Below are positions 43,919 through 54,082 of a stretch of 64,000 bases of DNA, in pieces. The first letter of the stretch is position 1. Each line of letters starts with the position of its first letter. The stretch lies in assembly GCA_019828565.1 (NCBI GenBank), contig JAHDYR010000025.1, forward strand, positions 744,001 through 808,000, read 5' to 3'. Position numbers and translations under genes: made by a program. The notes beneath the pieces are model-generated. The model ran no database searches. It worked only from the letters and a program-made list of their open reading frames with translations, and had not been told where the DNA came from. This DNA comes from Carpediemonas membranifera BICM (taxonomy: Eukaryota; Protista; Fornicata).

Positions 43919-44916
43919 TCAGCGCTGGCCTTCGGTGATTCGCCGAGGTTTCCCGACCCACACGCTGCTCTTGTCCTTACCCTCCTCCTTAGCCCGCTTC
44001 TCAGCCTTCTCAGCCCTCGCCCCAGCAGTAGTACCCCCCGATATGGTCCTTGCCTGCCCTGTGAACCACTCCCTGTCCTGGGCCTTCCTCTTGCCGGCAT
44101 TGAGCACCCTCACGCCCCGAACCGGCCCATTGTCTGCCTTGCTGGTGGTGGTGTTGGTACCGTTTGCTGCCTTCCTGACTGCGCCAAAGGAAATGTTTGA
44201 CCTTGCCTTGCTCGACAGACCCTGGTCCGGCTTGGCAGGCTCAGGTGTCGGTTCGACATACCCTACTGGGGCAGCGAAGTCCACAGAGAGGTCGGTGTCG
44301 ATGATACATCCTGCGTTGATGTCCTCGCCATCGGCCTTGAGCTCAAGAATGCGGAGGTCGTAGCTCTTGTTGTTGTAGTGGATGCGGATGATCTCGTTCT
44401 TAGTGAGACACGAGAACTTCACCAAGTGGTACTCTAGCACCGCTCTATGGTCTGTGATGTCCAGGAACGACGTGTCCTGAGCCTGAAGCTTGGCGAACGT
44501 CGCCTTGCGGAGGTTGACGTGGCGGAGTTTGACGAGATCATTCGATTGGAGGCCAAGGTTAGCCATAAGCCAGGAAGGTATGATGCACGTGCCCTCGGGC
44601 GCCGTGAATTCAAGGACGCCGACGTGGGTGAAGGCCTTGGTGGCGATGTTCGTAACCTGCGATAAGAGGAATGGCGAGCGTACGAACCTCAAAGATGAAC
44701 GGAAACTCGTAGTTGAGCTGCGCTATGTGAGTTTTGAAGAAATGTCTGACGAACTGAGGATATTCAGCATCGAGAGCGGGAGAAAGACCGGATAAGAGTG
44801 ATAGTGGGTGACGTACGCTTCCCTTGCTCGTCTAACTCGCGGGATTCACGCGAATCACTGAAACTACGGGCGCTATATGTTGATGTAGCCGAGGCTTGTT
44901 GCTGTCGGAAGAACAT
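43919..44916 (-). CDS. UFD1: Ubiquitin fusion degradation protein 1, three introns (44788-44816, 44723-44754, 44657-44687)
   Basis: THVGVLEFTAPEG.C.IPSWLM, FLDITDHRAVLE and IIDTDLSVDFAAPVGY. Splicing gives EQGK-LFLPLSMLNILT-QLNYEFPFIFE-VTN. Confidence 0.92.
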
Positions 44917-45061
44917 TCTCGGAGCTTGCGCAAGTCGGGTTAAACTGCACATGATAAGAACGGTGGCATGAAGGGGTGTCAGCAGGGTAGCGCATGGCGA
45001 GGGATAGTCGTCAAGCCCCTTCTTCCTTCCGCAGAAAACCTGCAGAAAATTTGTCAGTTGC

Positions 45062-46401
45062 AATGCATCGCGTCCACATCCCGTTTGTGGCGCGTGCACC
45101 TCGCGTTGGTGGTTCTAACACAGGAGGTTCTCCCTAACGCTGACCACTTTCACATGAAGCTCCAACTTCTTCTTCTCCTCGTCGCTGCGGCTTTCTGCTT
45201 CTACAGACGCTCCACTGATTCCACCTTCGAGCAATTCGACACCAGCGAGCACCGCATCATCGGATTCGCCTCCCACACCGGCGGTGAGACCAACAAGGTC
45301 TGTGTGTACAACCGCAACGCCAACCAGATCGACTATGACTACGAGACGACTTTCTGGACGCCCAACCCCCTCGACGACGACTTCGGCAAGCACATGGCCA
45401 TCTCCGGCGAGACCATTGTCATCGCCAACGGCACGACTTCCTTCTCTGCTGACGACCAGGCCATATTCGTCCACAACCTCGTCGACGGAGCCTGGGTGCT
45501 GGATGCGATAATCAAGACCGGCAAAGCATGCGAGGCTCTCGACATCGACGGCGACACCATCATGCTCGCCTACATCGACCGTTTTGTCACGGTTGTCCGC
45601 GGCACCGACGGCTGGGCCCTCGGCCAGGTAGTCGCCCTCGGCGACTCCTACACTTGCTTCGCCAGCGGCAGCAGCAAGTCTGCCTCGCTCAGCGGCGACA
45701 TTATCGCCATCGGTGACTTCTGCGGCGACGTAGTCCGTGTCTTCCGTCGTGGCGACTCAGGCGACTTTGCCTTCGAGGCGACGCTCGCCGGCCCGGCCGA
45801 CAGTTACTTCGGCTACGCAGTCGACGTCGACGGCATCACTGGCGCCATCATCGCTGGTGGCTACAGCTACGGCTCTAACGCTGGCATCGCTCAGCGCTGG
45901 GACTTTGTCGACGGCGCATGGGCCAAGACATGGGAGAAGACCGGCGCCCACATCGGCGACAGGTGCGGCACGGATGTCGCCATATTCAACGGCGTCGGCG
46001 TCTACTCTTGCCCCGACGAGGCCAGCGTCAGCGATGGGACTGGTCTTGCCATCCAGGTGAATGCCCAGGGCGCATCCATGACCTACCTCCCCATCGACGG
46101 TGTCAGCTTCGGTGACTCGATGGCGTTCGACAACAACACGCTTGTGATGACTCGCTCGAGCTTCTGGACCCACGGCTTTTATGTCGAGAACTACGACCAG
46201 CCCAACTGCATGGGTCACACCGCCACGACGTGCACCGCCTCCTCTGCCGGCCGCACCGCTCTGGCTCTTGCCGGCGTCCTTGCTATGCTGGCACTCGTGT
46301 TCTAAGCATTAAACCTTGCCTGTATGTCGCTTGACTGTTGAACGCAATGCCACGCCGAGCCGGGCCTCCCGCACGCTGAAGGGAGGTGCCCTTCCACTGC
46401 C
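45062..46401 (+). repeat. 1.34-kb inverted duplication, arm A (partner 52672-54010)
   Basis: Near-identical reverse complement, including 5' and 3' non-coding flanks. Confidence 0.95.
45154..46305 (+). CDS. Secreted/surface FG-GAP-type beta-propeller protein, probable GPI or TM anchor
   Basis: Signal peptide MKLQLLLLLVAAAFC; repeats DFGKHMAISG, YFGYAVDVDG, RCGTDVAI and SFGDSMAFD; hydrophobic C-terminus. Confidence 0.8.
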   Translation: MKLQLLLLLVAAAFCFYRRSTDSTFEQFDTSEHRIIGFASHTGGETNKVCVYNRNANQIDYDYETTFWTPNPLDDDFGKHMAISGETIVIANGTTSFSADDQAIFVHNLVDGAWVLDAIIKTGKACEALDIDGDTIMLAYIDRFVTVVRGTDGWALGQVVALGDSYTCFASGSSKSASLSGDIIAIGDFCGDVVRVFRRGDSGDFAFEATLAGPADSYFGYAVDVDGITGAIIAGGYSYGSNAGIAQRWDFVDGAWAKTWEKTGAHIGDRCGTDVAIFNGVGVYSCPDEASVSDGTGLAIQVNAQGASMTYLPIDGVSFGDSMAFDNNTLVMTRSSFWTHGFYVENYDQPNCMGHTATTCTASSAGRTALALAGVLAMLALVF

Positions 46402-46488
46402 ACTACTATGGAAGGGCGGGGCGGCGGTGACGTGCGATCGGCGTTGACCGACTCTGAACAGTCGACAGACCTGGCTCAATGCAAGCAG

Positions 46489-47268
46489 ATGTCTGTGGAA
46501 TCGGCAGCGCTCGTCTATTTCTCACCTACTGGTACCACAAAGGCTGTTTTATCCAAGATCGGCGAAGGTCTTGCTTCGAAGCTTCACCATATTGACATTA
46601 CCACCGAAGACCGCGAAAATATCGTTGTAGATGACTCTCTCGCGATCATAGGCATCCCTGTGTACGCAGGCCGGATCCCGCCAGTCGCTGTTCAGCGCCT
46701 GAAGCGTCTTTCTGGCACCTGTCCATGTGTGTGCGTCGCCGTCTACGGCAACCGCGAGGTAGACGACGCCCTGCTCGAGCTGAAGAACTTGGTCACCGAG
46801 CGCGGCTTCAAGATGATTGCGGCCGGCTCATTCATCGGCCAGCACTCCTTCAACACCGCTGAACGGCCCCTTGCTGACGGCCGGCCAGACTCATCTGACG
46901 ACGCCCTCGCCGTCAACTTTGGCGAGGGGATAGCTGCTAAGCTCGCTAGGAATGACCTGTCTGAGCCCGCAGTGCCCGGAAACTTCCCCTATAAGCCCAA
47001 CGGCCCCTCACTGGGTGGTGCACCGGTCACCGTCGCGGATAGCTGCGACCTCTGTGGAGAATGCGAAGCCTCGTGCCCTACCCACGCCATTAAGATCACA
47101 GACGGCGTCGTTGTCACCCAGCCAGACGAGTGCATCGGCTGCTTTGCTTGTGTCCAGGCGTGCCCGACCGACGCCAGGGTTTTCCCAGCAACAGAACGCC
47201 TGGAGAAGGTCAGGCAGTGGCTCTTTGACACGTGTAAGGCCCGCAAGGAACCTGTCACGTACATTTAA
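46489..47268 (+). CDS. Flavodoxin-like domain fused to a 2x[4Fe-4S] ferredoxin (EFR1-type)
   Basis: YFSPTGTT, PVYAGRIP and VYGNREVDDALLEL; CDLCGECEASCP and CIGCFACVQACP. Confidence 0.9.
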   Translation: MSVESAALVYFSPTGTTKAVLSKIGEGLASKLHHIDITTEDRENIVVDDSLAIIGIPVYAGRIPPVAVQRLKRLSGTCPCVCVAVYGNREVDDALLELKNLVTERGFKMIAAGSFIGQHSFNTAERPLADGRPDSSDDALAVNFGEGIAAKLARNDLSEPAVPGNFPYKPNGPSLGGAPVTVADSCDLCGECEASCPTHAIKITDGVVVTQPDECIGCFACVQACPTDARVFPATERLEKVRQWLFDTCKARKEPVTYI

Positions 47269-47692
47269 ACCGTTTAGAACCGTGCTTTCGTCATATTTGC
47301 TTTCTTGACCGACTTTTGAACGGTGCACAGTCAACCCTTTCTTTTCTTTACAACTGCTTCGTCCGTTCCAATGCATATCGACCCCACCTCTGACCCATGC
47401 TCTTTGAAGGAGAAAAAGGCTGGGTGAGAAAAAAAAAGTCGACGGAAAAAAGCTGATGCAGGAAAAAAGTTGGAAATTGGACACGAAAGTGTCCTGCTCA
47501 ATAATGCTTGTTCGTGATGTTTTAACCGTGCGAGTGATCCTGAGTTGAGCTATACTCTTCGCTGGCAGAAGAAAGTCCTTCCCACACCAGAACTGCTCTG
47601 AAGCTAAGCGAAATAGTCCTATCCACACAATAACAACATCAAAGCCTCTCCAAATGAGCTCATACAGTTCACACAACCATACTAATGATATC

Positions 47693-49507
47693 TCACAGTT
47701 TAAATACCTCAGTGATCTCGTCAATGTACTTTCCAGCAAGCTGAAGGATGATCTGCTGGACAAAAGCAGACGCCTTGCCTGGGTTGTAGGACTTGGTATG
47801 AACCGTGAGGTTGATGACATCCCCGTCCAGTCTAGGCTCATCAAAGGTGGCCTCCTCGTTTCCATGCTCGCGAAGAGGTCCCGGAATGAGCTCAAGCGCG
47901 CTGGCGATGGCCTTCAAGGCGAACATCGCGCGCTTACCGGGGAGCAACGTCATCTTGAGCTCAATCTCGCTGCTGGGCCGGGCCATGTAGGTCTGATCAT
48001 TGAGATCATCATACCCGACTGTCCCACAGACCCTGGCGGCCAGATCCTGGGTCCTGGACCAGTATGGCCCGTCTTTTCCCTCGTAGCCCAGGCAGTACAC
48101 CGCCCAGTGGCCCCAGAGAGGTCGGTAAAGGGTCGAGAAGGACCAGGTTGGGAGCTCCTCGTCGGCATCCGGGTCCACTGGGATTTCCCGAAGCTGGGCG
48201 ATCTTCTTGGAAGACATGGGGACAAGCTTCGACAAATCGGCAGGATCGTTGATGAAAGCAAGCACTTCCTGGCCATCAACAGTAACGGTAGTGGATGCCA
48301 CGCCGTAGTGCGTCTCCAAGAGCTTTAGCTGCTCATCAGAACACATCACAACAGCGCCTGGAGCTGCAGAGCCACTTTCCCGCTTGACCTTAAACTGCAC
48401 TTGACTCACAGGGTTGGGTCCTGCCGGAACATCGGCGTAAAGTGCGATTCCGTCCACAGAGAGCATGCTAGCGGCCGGTGGGATAAGTTCATCAAAAAGA
48501 ACGACCCGCTTAAACTGCGCAGGTAGGATACCAGCAGCCGGGGGCCGGAGAGCGTCCGCCCTCGCTGTAAAGAGAGCCGACTCTGCCTGGCGCGTCTGCT
48601 TGAACTCCTCATTCCATCCTAGTGCAGCCACGATGTCGATGATGGCCTGGTCGATGTCTCCACCAATGTGGATGTCGATCTGGGGGATCGACGGGTCTCT
48701 CTCGTGTGCAAACATGCCCAAACGCTTGCCGACCTTGTCTCTGTTAACCAACACGCGGGGTACCCCGGGTCTTGTCTTCTTGGCGAGGCCGTTGAATGGA
48801 GCCACCTGCAGGCTCGTTCCAAGGATGATAACCAGGTCAGCAGCGGCCATGTCTGCCTCGCACAGGGCGTCGAAACGGTAGGGGAGGGACTCGGAGAAGA
48901 ACACGATGTCAGGCTTGACCGGCAGACCGCAGTGTGGGCACTGGCACAGTGACTTGTCGCCCTCATACATGGCAGAGACGAAGGAAGGCAGGGGGATCGC
49001 TCGGTGACAATCACACATACTGCCGCAACACGAGGCAGAGGCGAATGTGCCGTGAGCCTCGACCAACAGCTCGGGACTAACCCCAGCAAGGTGCTCGAGG
49101 CCATCAATGTTCTGTGTGTAGTCGCGTTGAAGGAGGCCCTTGGTCTCAAGGAGTCGCACGAAGTAGTGGGGGTTGGCAGGCTTGTATTTGCCCGGGAATA
49201 GCTCCTGGACGAGGGTGTAGAAGGGCTGGGGGCGGCGGAGGAAGTAGGGCAGGGAGAACATCGCCTCAGGGTACGGAAGGTCGAATTCTTGGAGGTTTTC
49301 ATACAGCCCGGTTCCGGGAGAACGGAAGTCCGGGATTCCGCATGGAACAGAGGCACCAGCGCCGGTCATGACGACAACATTCTTGATTGTGCCGTTGCGG
49401 ACAGCATCGGCGACGTCGTCAAGAGAAGAATAGAGAGGTTTGGCCTTGGGCTGCGTGTTGACATCGAGACCAGCAAGCTGCTGCTCAACATCCTGAATGT
49501 CGGCCAT
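47693..49507 (-). CDS. Class I sirtuin (SIRT2/Hst2-like) with ~280-aa C-terminal extension
   Basis: GAGASVPCGIPDFRSPGTGLY, YTQNIDGLE, EAHGTF, KPDIVFFSE and GTSLQVAPF. Confidence 0.93.
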   Translation of the reverse strand: MADIQDVEQQLAGLDVNTQPKAKPLYSSLDDVADAVRNGTIKNVVVMTGAGASVPCGIPDFRSPGTGLYENLQEFDLPYPEAMFSLPYFLRRPQPFYTLVQELFPGKYKPANPHYFVRLLETKGLLQRDYTQNIDGLEHLAGVSPELLVEAHGTFASASCCGSMCDCHRAIPLPSFVSAMYEGDKSLCQCPHCGLPVKPDIVFFSESLPYRFDALCEADMAAADLVIILGTSLQVAPFNGLAKKTRPGVPRVLVNRDKVGKRLGMFAHERDPSIPQIDIHIGGDIDQAIIDIVAALGWNEEFKQTRQAESALFTARADALRPPAAGILPAQFKRVVLFDELIPPAASMLSVDGIALYADVPAGPNPVSQVQFKVKRESGSAAPGAVVMCSDEQLKLLETHYGVASTTVTVDGQEVLAFINDPADLSKLVPMSSKKIAQLREIPVDPDADEELPTWSFSTLYRPLWGHWAVYCLGYEGKDGPYWSRTQDLAARVCGTVGYDDLNDQTYMARPSSEIELKMTLLPGKRAMFALKAIASALELIPGPLREHGNEEATFDEPRLDGDVINLTVHTKSYNPGKASAFVQQIILQLAGKYIDEITEVFKL

Positions 49508-49800
49508 TTCCGGAGTTTTGCCAGATTTGCTAAATCTTCATATTACGTCACCCCTGGGTCGATATAAGGGTTATATGCAAGTCTTTCTGTGTGCTTTGTG
49601 TGGCTGAAGTGCGTTGTGATTATTATTCTCGATTCGGCCAAAAGCTGACTCATCCAACACCTCAGGAAAAATCAATTCGCGGCTTGTTTCTGATGCTTAG
49701 AGGCCCGCCCCAGCGAGTTCTGACCATCTGCAGGGCGGCAGAGTGCGCCATGATTTGATGGACTCACTGGGAGAAAAGTTGGTTTGCGAAAAGGAACGCA

Positions 49801-51735
49801 ATGGCTAAGGGCCTTGGTTTGGACGAGTTTTCAACGCGCCCAGTCGTTACATTGCGAGTTGGTTTTGCTTCGTGTGTTGGCATGATTCTTCTAACCTCCC
49901 TAGTTACCTCGTTCTGTCTTTGGCTCATCGATTTCTCGGTATACAACGCTGGAGAAGACTCTGAACTGTTCCCATCACTCAAGTCCGATGCAACAGACCT
50001 ATTCTTCACGCGTCATCCGTACTCCGTCCTCATGCGCCGCTTCCCAGAAAGCACGCTTCCAGCTTCTTCCGAGGGCGCCTCCCTCATCGTCTCCTCCCTC
50101 GAACTCATCCCCACCATGCACCAGTGCTCCGGCGAGCAGCTTGTCCGCACCGCATCCAATTTTATCCTCCCCAACTCTGGTCTAGCGCTCAAGTACTCGA
50201 CAGACTGGCTCAACCCAACATACTCTGACCTGGTTGAGCCCGTCGCCACAAACACCGGCTTCATGCATGTCAAGCGCACAGGTATTCTCAACAATGACCT
50301 CTTTTCCACGGAGGCCCCCCTTGTTTTCAACACTATGCCCGAGCCACCGCTCCCACTCCCCGCTGACGAGGGTCCCCCGGCCTCCGCGCCACATGTCGTG
50401 GTCATCATCATCGATGCGGTGTCCAGGGCTAACATGGCACGCACCATGCCTCTGGTTATGCGCCGCCTCCGCTCCTGGTCGAACACGGCCGACGTGCGGG
50501 CCGTTTCTTACCCGTTCTTCCACACGATCGGGCTCAATACGCCGCCTAACGAGACCCCGCTGTTCAGCGGCAGGTACCAACCCCACAAATACCAGACTGG
50601 CCGCCGTTTCTTCCCGGAGGACTACCTGGACACGCCATGGATATGGCAACGGGCCAAAGAGCAGGGCTACGTTACTGCAAGGGCATCCCAGTGGTGCAGG
50701 GAGTTCATGTCCTGCTCTCTGGGCCTCAGCAATGTCCAGGAGCACTTCGACTACCACTATACTGGCGGTGCGTGCCATGCAGAGAGCAGCGAAGGCTATA
50801 GCGACATCACAGGTAGAGATAACGTTTGCAACAACGGCAGGAGCGACGCATCTGTCATGGCGGACTGGGTCCGCGGCGTTGTTTCGGCCTCCGACAAGGT
50901 CGGCCGCAAGTCGTTTTCATTCGTCCTCATCGAACAGGCGCATAACGGCAACGGGTTGCAGTTCAGCAACAACGTCCAGGACGCCGTCCTCAGCCTCATG
51001 GACCTAGCTGTGGATAACAACACCGCCGTTGTCCTCCTCGGCGACCACGGGCTCCACTACTCCGACTTTTCATCCACTGCATACGGCGTCGTCGAGGTCC
51101 GGCAGCCCCCGCTCAGCATCATCCTCCCCTCTTCCGTCCTCGCCAATAGGCCGCAGGATGTTGTGGCGATGACAGCGAACACCGCAGCCGTCGTTTCGCC
51201 GCTTGATGTTCACGCCACGCTTCTCGACATCGCAGGCATCAGTGCTCCCGCTACCGAATTTGATGGCGGTGTTAGCGTGATGTCGAAGTCAATGGACACT
51301 AACCGGACATGCGCAGATGCCGGCATCCCAGAAGTCTGGTGTCTTTTTGCCGGTCCGACAAAGACCCTTAAAGTGCACGACGACGACGACACGAGCGAAG
51401 CATCCACTGTCATCGACATGGCCCTCGCCGAGCTCAACAGCGTATCCGACGAGCACGATGTCTGCAAGCACGTCACGCTCTCCTCTGTGGATTTTGCCAT
51501 GGTCCGCACCGCCCGCTCGGACGGCGCCAAGCACTACGAGGTCATGTTCGACGCCGCGCCGTTCCACACCAGGTGGTCTGCCCGCGCCACGCAGAGTGCT
51601 GGCGGCCTCTGGGGGCCGGTGGAGCTCACGCATATTAGCCCGTACCGACGGTTCGAGACATGCCGGCCTGCGGAGGTTGACAAGGGTATGTGCGTCTGCT
51701 ACTATGCTCCGTGGGCGTTTGTAGGGTGGGGCTAA
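49801..51735 (+). CDS. DUF229 / alkaline-phosphatase-superfamily membrane-anchored protein
   Basis: N-terminal TM; IIIDAVSRAN..RTMP, GLNTPPN, LGDHG, SPLDVHATLLDI and RTCADAGIPEVWC. Confidence 0.82.
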   Translation: MAKGLGLDEFSTRPVVTLRVGFASCVGMILLTSLVTSFCLWLIDFSVYNAGEDSELFPSLKSDATDLFFTRHPYSVLMRRFPESTLPASSEGASLIVSSLELIPTMHQCSGEQLVRTASNFILPNSGLALKYSTDWLNPTYSDLVEPVATNTGFMHVKRTGILNNDLFSTEAPLVFNTMPEPPLPLPADEGPPASAPHVVVIIIDAVSRANMARTMPLVMRRLRSWSNTADVRAVSYPFFHTIGLNTPPNETPLFSGRYQPHKYQTGRRFFPEDYLDTPWIWQRAKEQGYVTARASQWCREFMSCSLGLSNVQEHFDYHYTGGACHAESSEGYSDITGRDNVCNNGRSDASVMADWVRGVVSASDKVGRKSFSFVLIEQAHNGNGLQFSNNVQDAVLSLMDLAVDNNTAVVLLGDHGLHYSDFSSTAYGVVEVRQPPLSIILPSSVLANRPQDVVAMTANTAAVVSPLDVHATLLDIAGISAPATEFDGGVSVMSKSMDTNRTCADAGIPEVWCLFAGPTKTLKVHDDDDTSEASTVIDMALAELNSVSDEHDVCKHVTLSSVDFAMVRTARSDGAKHYEVMFDAAPFHTRWSARATQSAGGLWGPVELTHISPYRRFETCRPAEVDKGMCVCYYAPWAFVGWG

Positions 51736-51891
51736 GCCTATGTTTTGTTTATGCTGTGCCACGCGTGTAAATTTTATGCTTTAAGCCGTTGACTAACTAT
51801 CGCCAAGGTGAGGGTCGACCCGCGTGTGGTCATAGCTGTCTCGCTTTAACACAGACGACATGCCTCGCGATTTAAAGGCGGATATGCAGAG

Positions 51892-52552
51892 TGGGGCATG
51901 GGGCACTGCGGGGTGTCCGACTGCAGCCGAGTTGCTTGGCAACGAACGACATGAGCAATGAAGGCAAGAAGACGCGAAAGGCGCTGATCGCGGCCCATCG
52001 ACTCTCAATTACTGCTACGAGCAGCATCGCAGGCGACATCCCCTCGCTCATCGCCTGCGCGTACCAGCGCCAAGTAAACGAGGAATTTTTGCACAGCTCG
52101 CGAAAATCTGGCGTGCTGTCCGCATTAAGGACGGCGAACAGCAGCTGGCGGCCGCTGAGGAAGACGTTGAAGTAACAGCCTGGCATGATGCGGTCGACCC
52201 TGAAAGGTAGGTCGACAAAGCCAGGCATATTGTTCTCGTGCCCGAGCCCCAGCTGGCCATGCATCTTGTTTCCACTGATCACCTGCCGATCGCCCATTGA
52301 GAGAATGACAGTGCCTTTCCGGTCGTGCATGATATGCTCTGGGACAAAGCCGGAGGGTACTCCTACTGAATGGAAGAGGTAATCATTGTCATCTGCAACA
52401 CGGCCTGTATACCAGCTTGCATTGTCGCCCGCCATGACAGTGCCGACTGGGGTGATAATAAACGTCCGATTGTCCTCTGTCGTCATAGATCCCATGATTA
52501 TCACATCAGTCACTACCCTGTGCTTCTCCCAGGCGGGCAGGCTGGCCTCGAG
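51892..52552. pseudogene. Chimeric RCC1-like family relic: + strand 5' fragment (51892-52133) fused to an inverted internal fragment (52132-52552)
   Basis: The first part matches ~19132-19368; the second is the reverse complement of 32100-32520; 2-nt CG overlap at the junction. Confidence 0.9.
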
Positions 52553-52622
52553 TCTGATTCGGCCTCCGTAATCTTTCGCGCTGGGTATTTTTCACCGCAC
52601 ACGAATAAGGAGCAAATAATTA

Positions 52623-52649
52623 ACACGTGTGCATACCTCTCAATGTACC
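52623..52649 (+). repeat. 27-nt direct repeat left of duplication arm B (partner 54031-54057)
   Basis: acacgtGtGcatacctctcaatgtacc versus acacgtAtAcatacctctcaatgtacc: 25/27 identical. Confidence 0.88.
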
Positions 52650-52671
52650 GGTTCATACCAGTCCAAGTCCA

Positions 52672-54010
52672 GGCGGTGGAAGGGCACCTCCCTTCAGCGT
52701 GCGGGAGGCCCGGCTCGGCGTGGCATTGCGTTCAACAGTCAAGCGACATACAGGCAAGGTTTAATGCTTAGAACACGAGTGCCAGCATAGCAAGGACGCC
52801 GGCAAGAGCCAGAGCGGTGCGGCCGGCAGAGGAGGCGGTGCACGTCGTGGCGGTGTGACCCATGCAGTTGGGCTGGTCGTAGTTCTCGACATAAAAGCCG
52901 TGGGTCCAGAAGCTCGAGCGAGTCATCACAAGCGTGTTGTTGTCGAACGCCATCGAGTCACCGAAGCTGACACCGTCGATGGGGAGGTAGGTCATGGATG
53001 CGCCCTGGGCATTCACCTGGATGGCAAGACCAGTCCCATCGCTGACGCTGGCCTCGTCGGGGCAAGAGTAGACGCCGACGCCGTTGAATATGGCGACATC
53101 CGTGCCGCACCTGTCGCCGATGTGGGCGCCGGTCTTCTCCCATGTCTTGGCCCATGCGCCGTCGACAAAGTCCCAGCGCTGAGCGATGCCAGCGTTAGAG
53201 CCGTAGCTGTAGCCACCAGCGATGATGGCGCCAGTGATGCCGTCGACGTCGACTGCGTAGCCGAAGTAACTGTCGGCCGGGCCGGCGAGCGTCGCCTCGA
53301 AGGCAAAGTCGCCTGAGTCGCCACGACGGAAGACACGGACTACGTCGCCGCAGAAGTCACCGATGGCGATAATGTCGCCGCTGAGCGAGGCAGACTTGCT
53401 GCTGCCGCTGGCGAAGCAAGTGTAGGAGTCGCCGAGGGCGACTACCTGGCCGAGGGCCCAGCCGTCGGTGCCGCGGACAACCGTGACAAAACGGTCGATG
53501 TAGGCGAGCATGATGGTGTCACCGTCGATGTCGAGAGCCTCGCATGCTTTGCCGGTCTTGATTATCGCATCCAGCACCCAGGCTCCGTCGACGAGGTTGT
53601 GGACGAATATGGCCTGGTCGTCAGCAGAGAAGGAAGTCGTGCCGTTGGCGATGACAATGGTCTCGCCGGAGATGGCCATGTGCTTGCCGAAGTCGTCGTC
53701 GAGGGGTTGGGCGTCCAGAAAGTCGTCTCGTAGTCATAGTCGATCTGGTTGGCGTTGCGGTTGTACACACAGACCTTGTTGGTCTCACCGCCGGTGTGGG
53801 AGGCGAATCCGATGATACGGTGCTCGCTGGTGTCGAATTGCTCGAAGGTGGAATCAGTGGAGCGTCTGTAGAAGCAGAAAGCCGCAGCGACGAGGAGAAG
53901 AAGAAGTTGGAGCTTCATGTGAAAGTGGTCAGCGTTAGGGAGAACCTCCTGTGTTAAAACCACCAACGCGAGGTGCACGCGCCACAAACGGGATGTGGAC
54001 GCGACGCATT
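52672..54010 (-). repeat. 1.34-kb inverted duplication, arm B
   Basis: Reverse complement of 45062-46401 with a few substitutions and one missing base. Confidence 0.95.
52768..53918 (-). CDS. Second copy of the FG-GAP-type surface protein (1-nt frameshift at G-run 53703-53706)
   Basis: Same protein as 45154-46305 except 4 versus 5 C in the NPLDDD codons. Confidence 0.7.
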
Positions 54011-54030
54011 TGCATTTTGCAACTCGATTT

Positions 54031-54057
54031 ACACGTATACATACCTCTCAATGTACC
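54031..54057 (+). repeat. 27-nt direct repeat right of duplication arm B
   Basis: 25/27 identical to 52623-52649. Confidence 0.88.
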
Positions 54058-54082
54058 TAGAGCAAATCTGGCAAAACAAGCC

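Noticed and set aside
47320-47480. A/T-rich tract as a regulatory element or retro-insertion tail
   Set aside because: It lies between convergent genes and is most simply 3' UTR or termination sequence; no TSD seen.
47008-47895. 295-aa minus-strand ORF
   Set aside because: It overlaps two real genes and crosses an AT-rich intergenic tract; the translation is not protein-like.
45062-54010. Composite transposon or Polinton-like element with long terminal inverted repeats
   Set aside because: The arms are a host-type surface-protein gene, and the interior has no transposase, integrase, polymerase or capsid gene.
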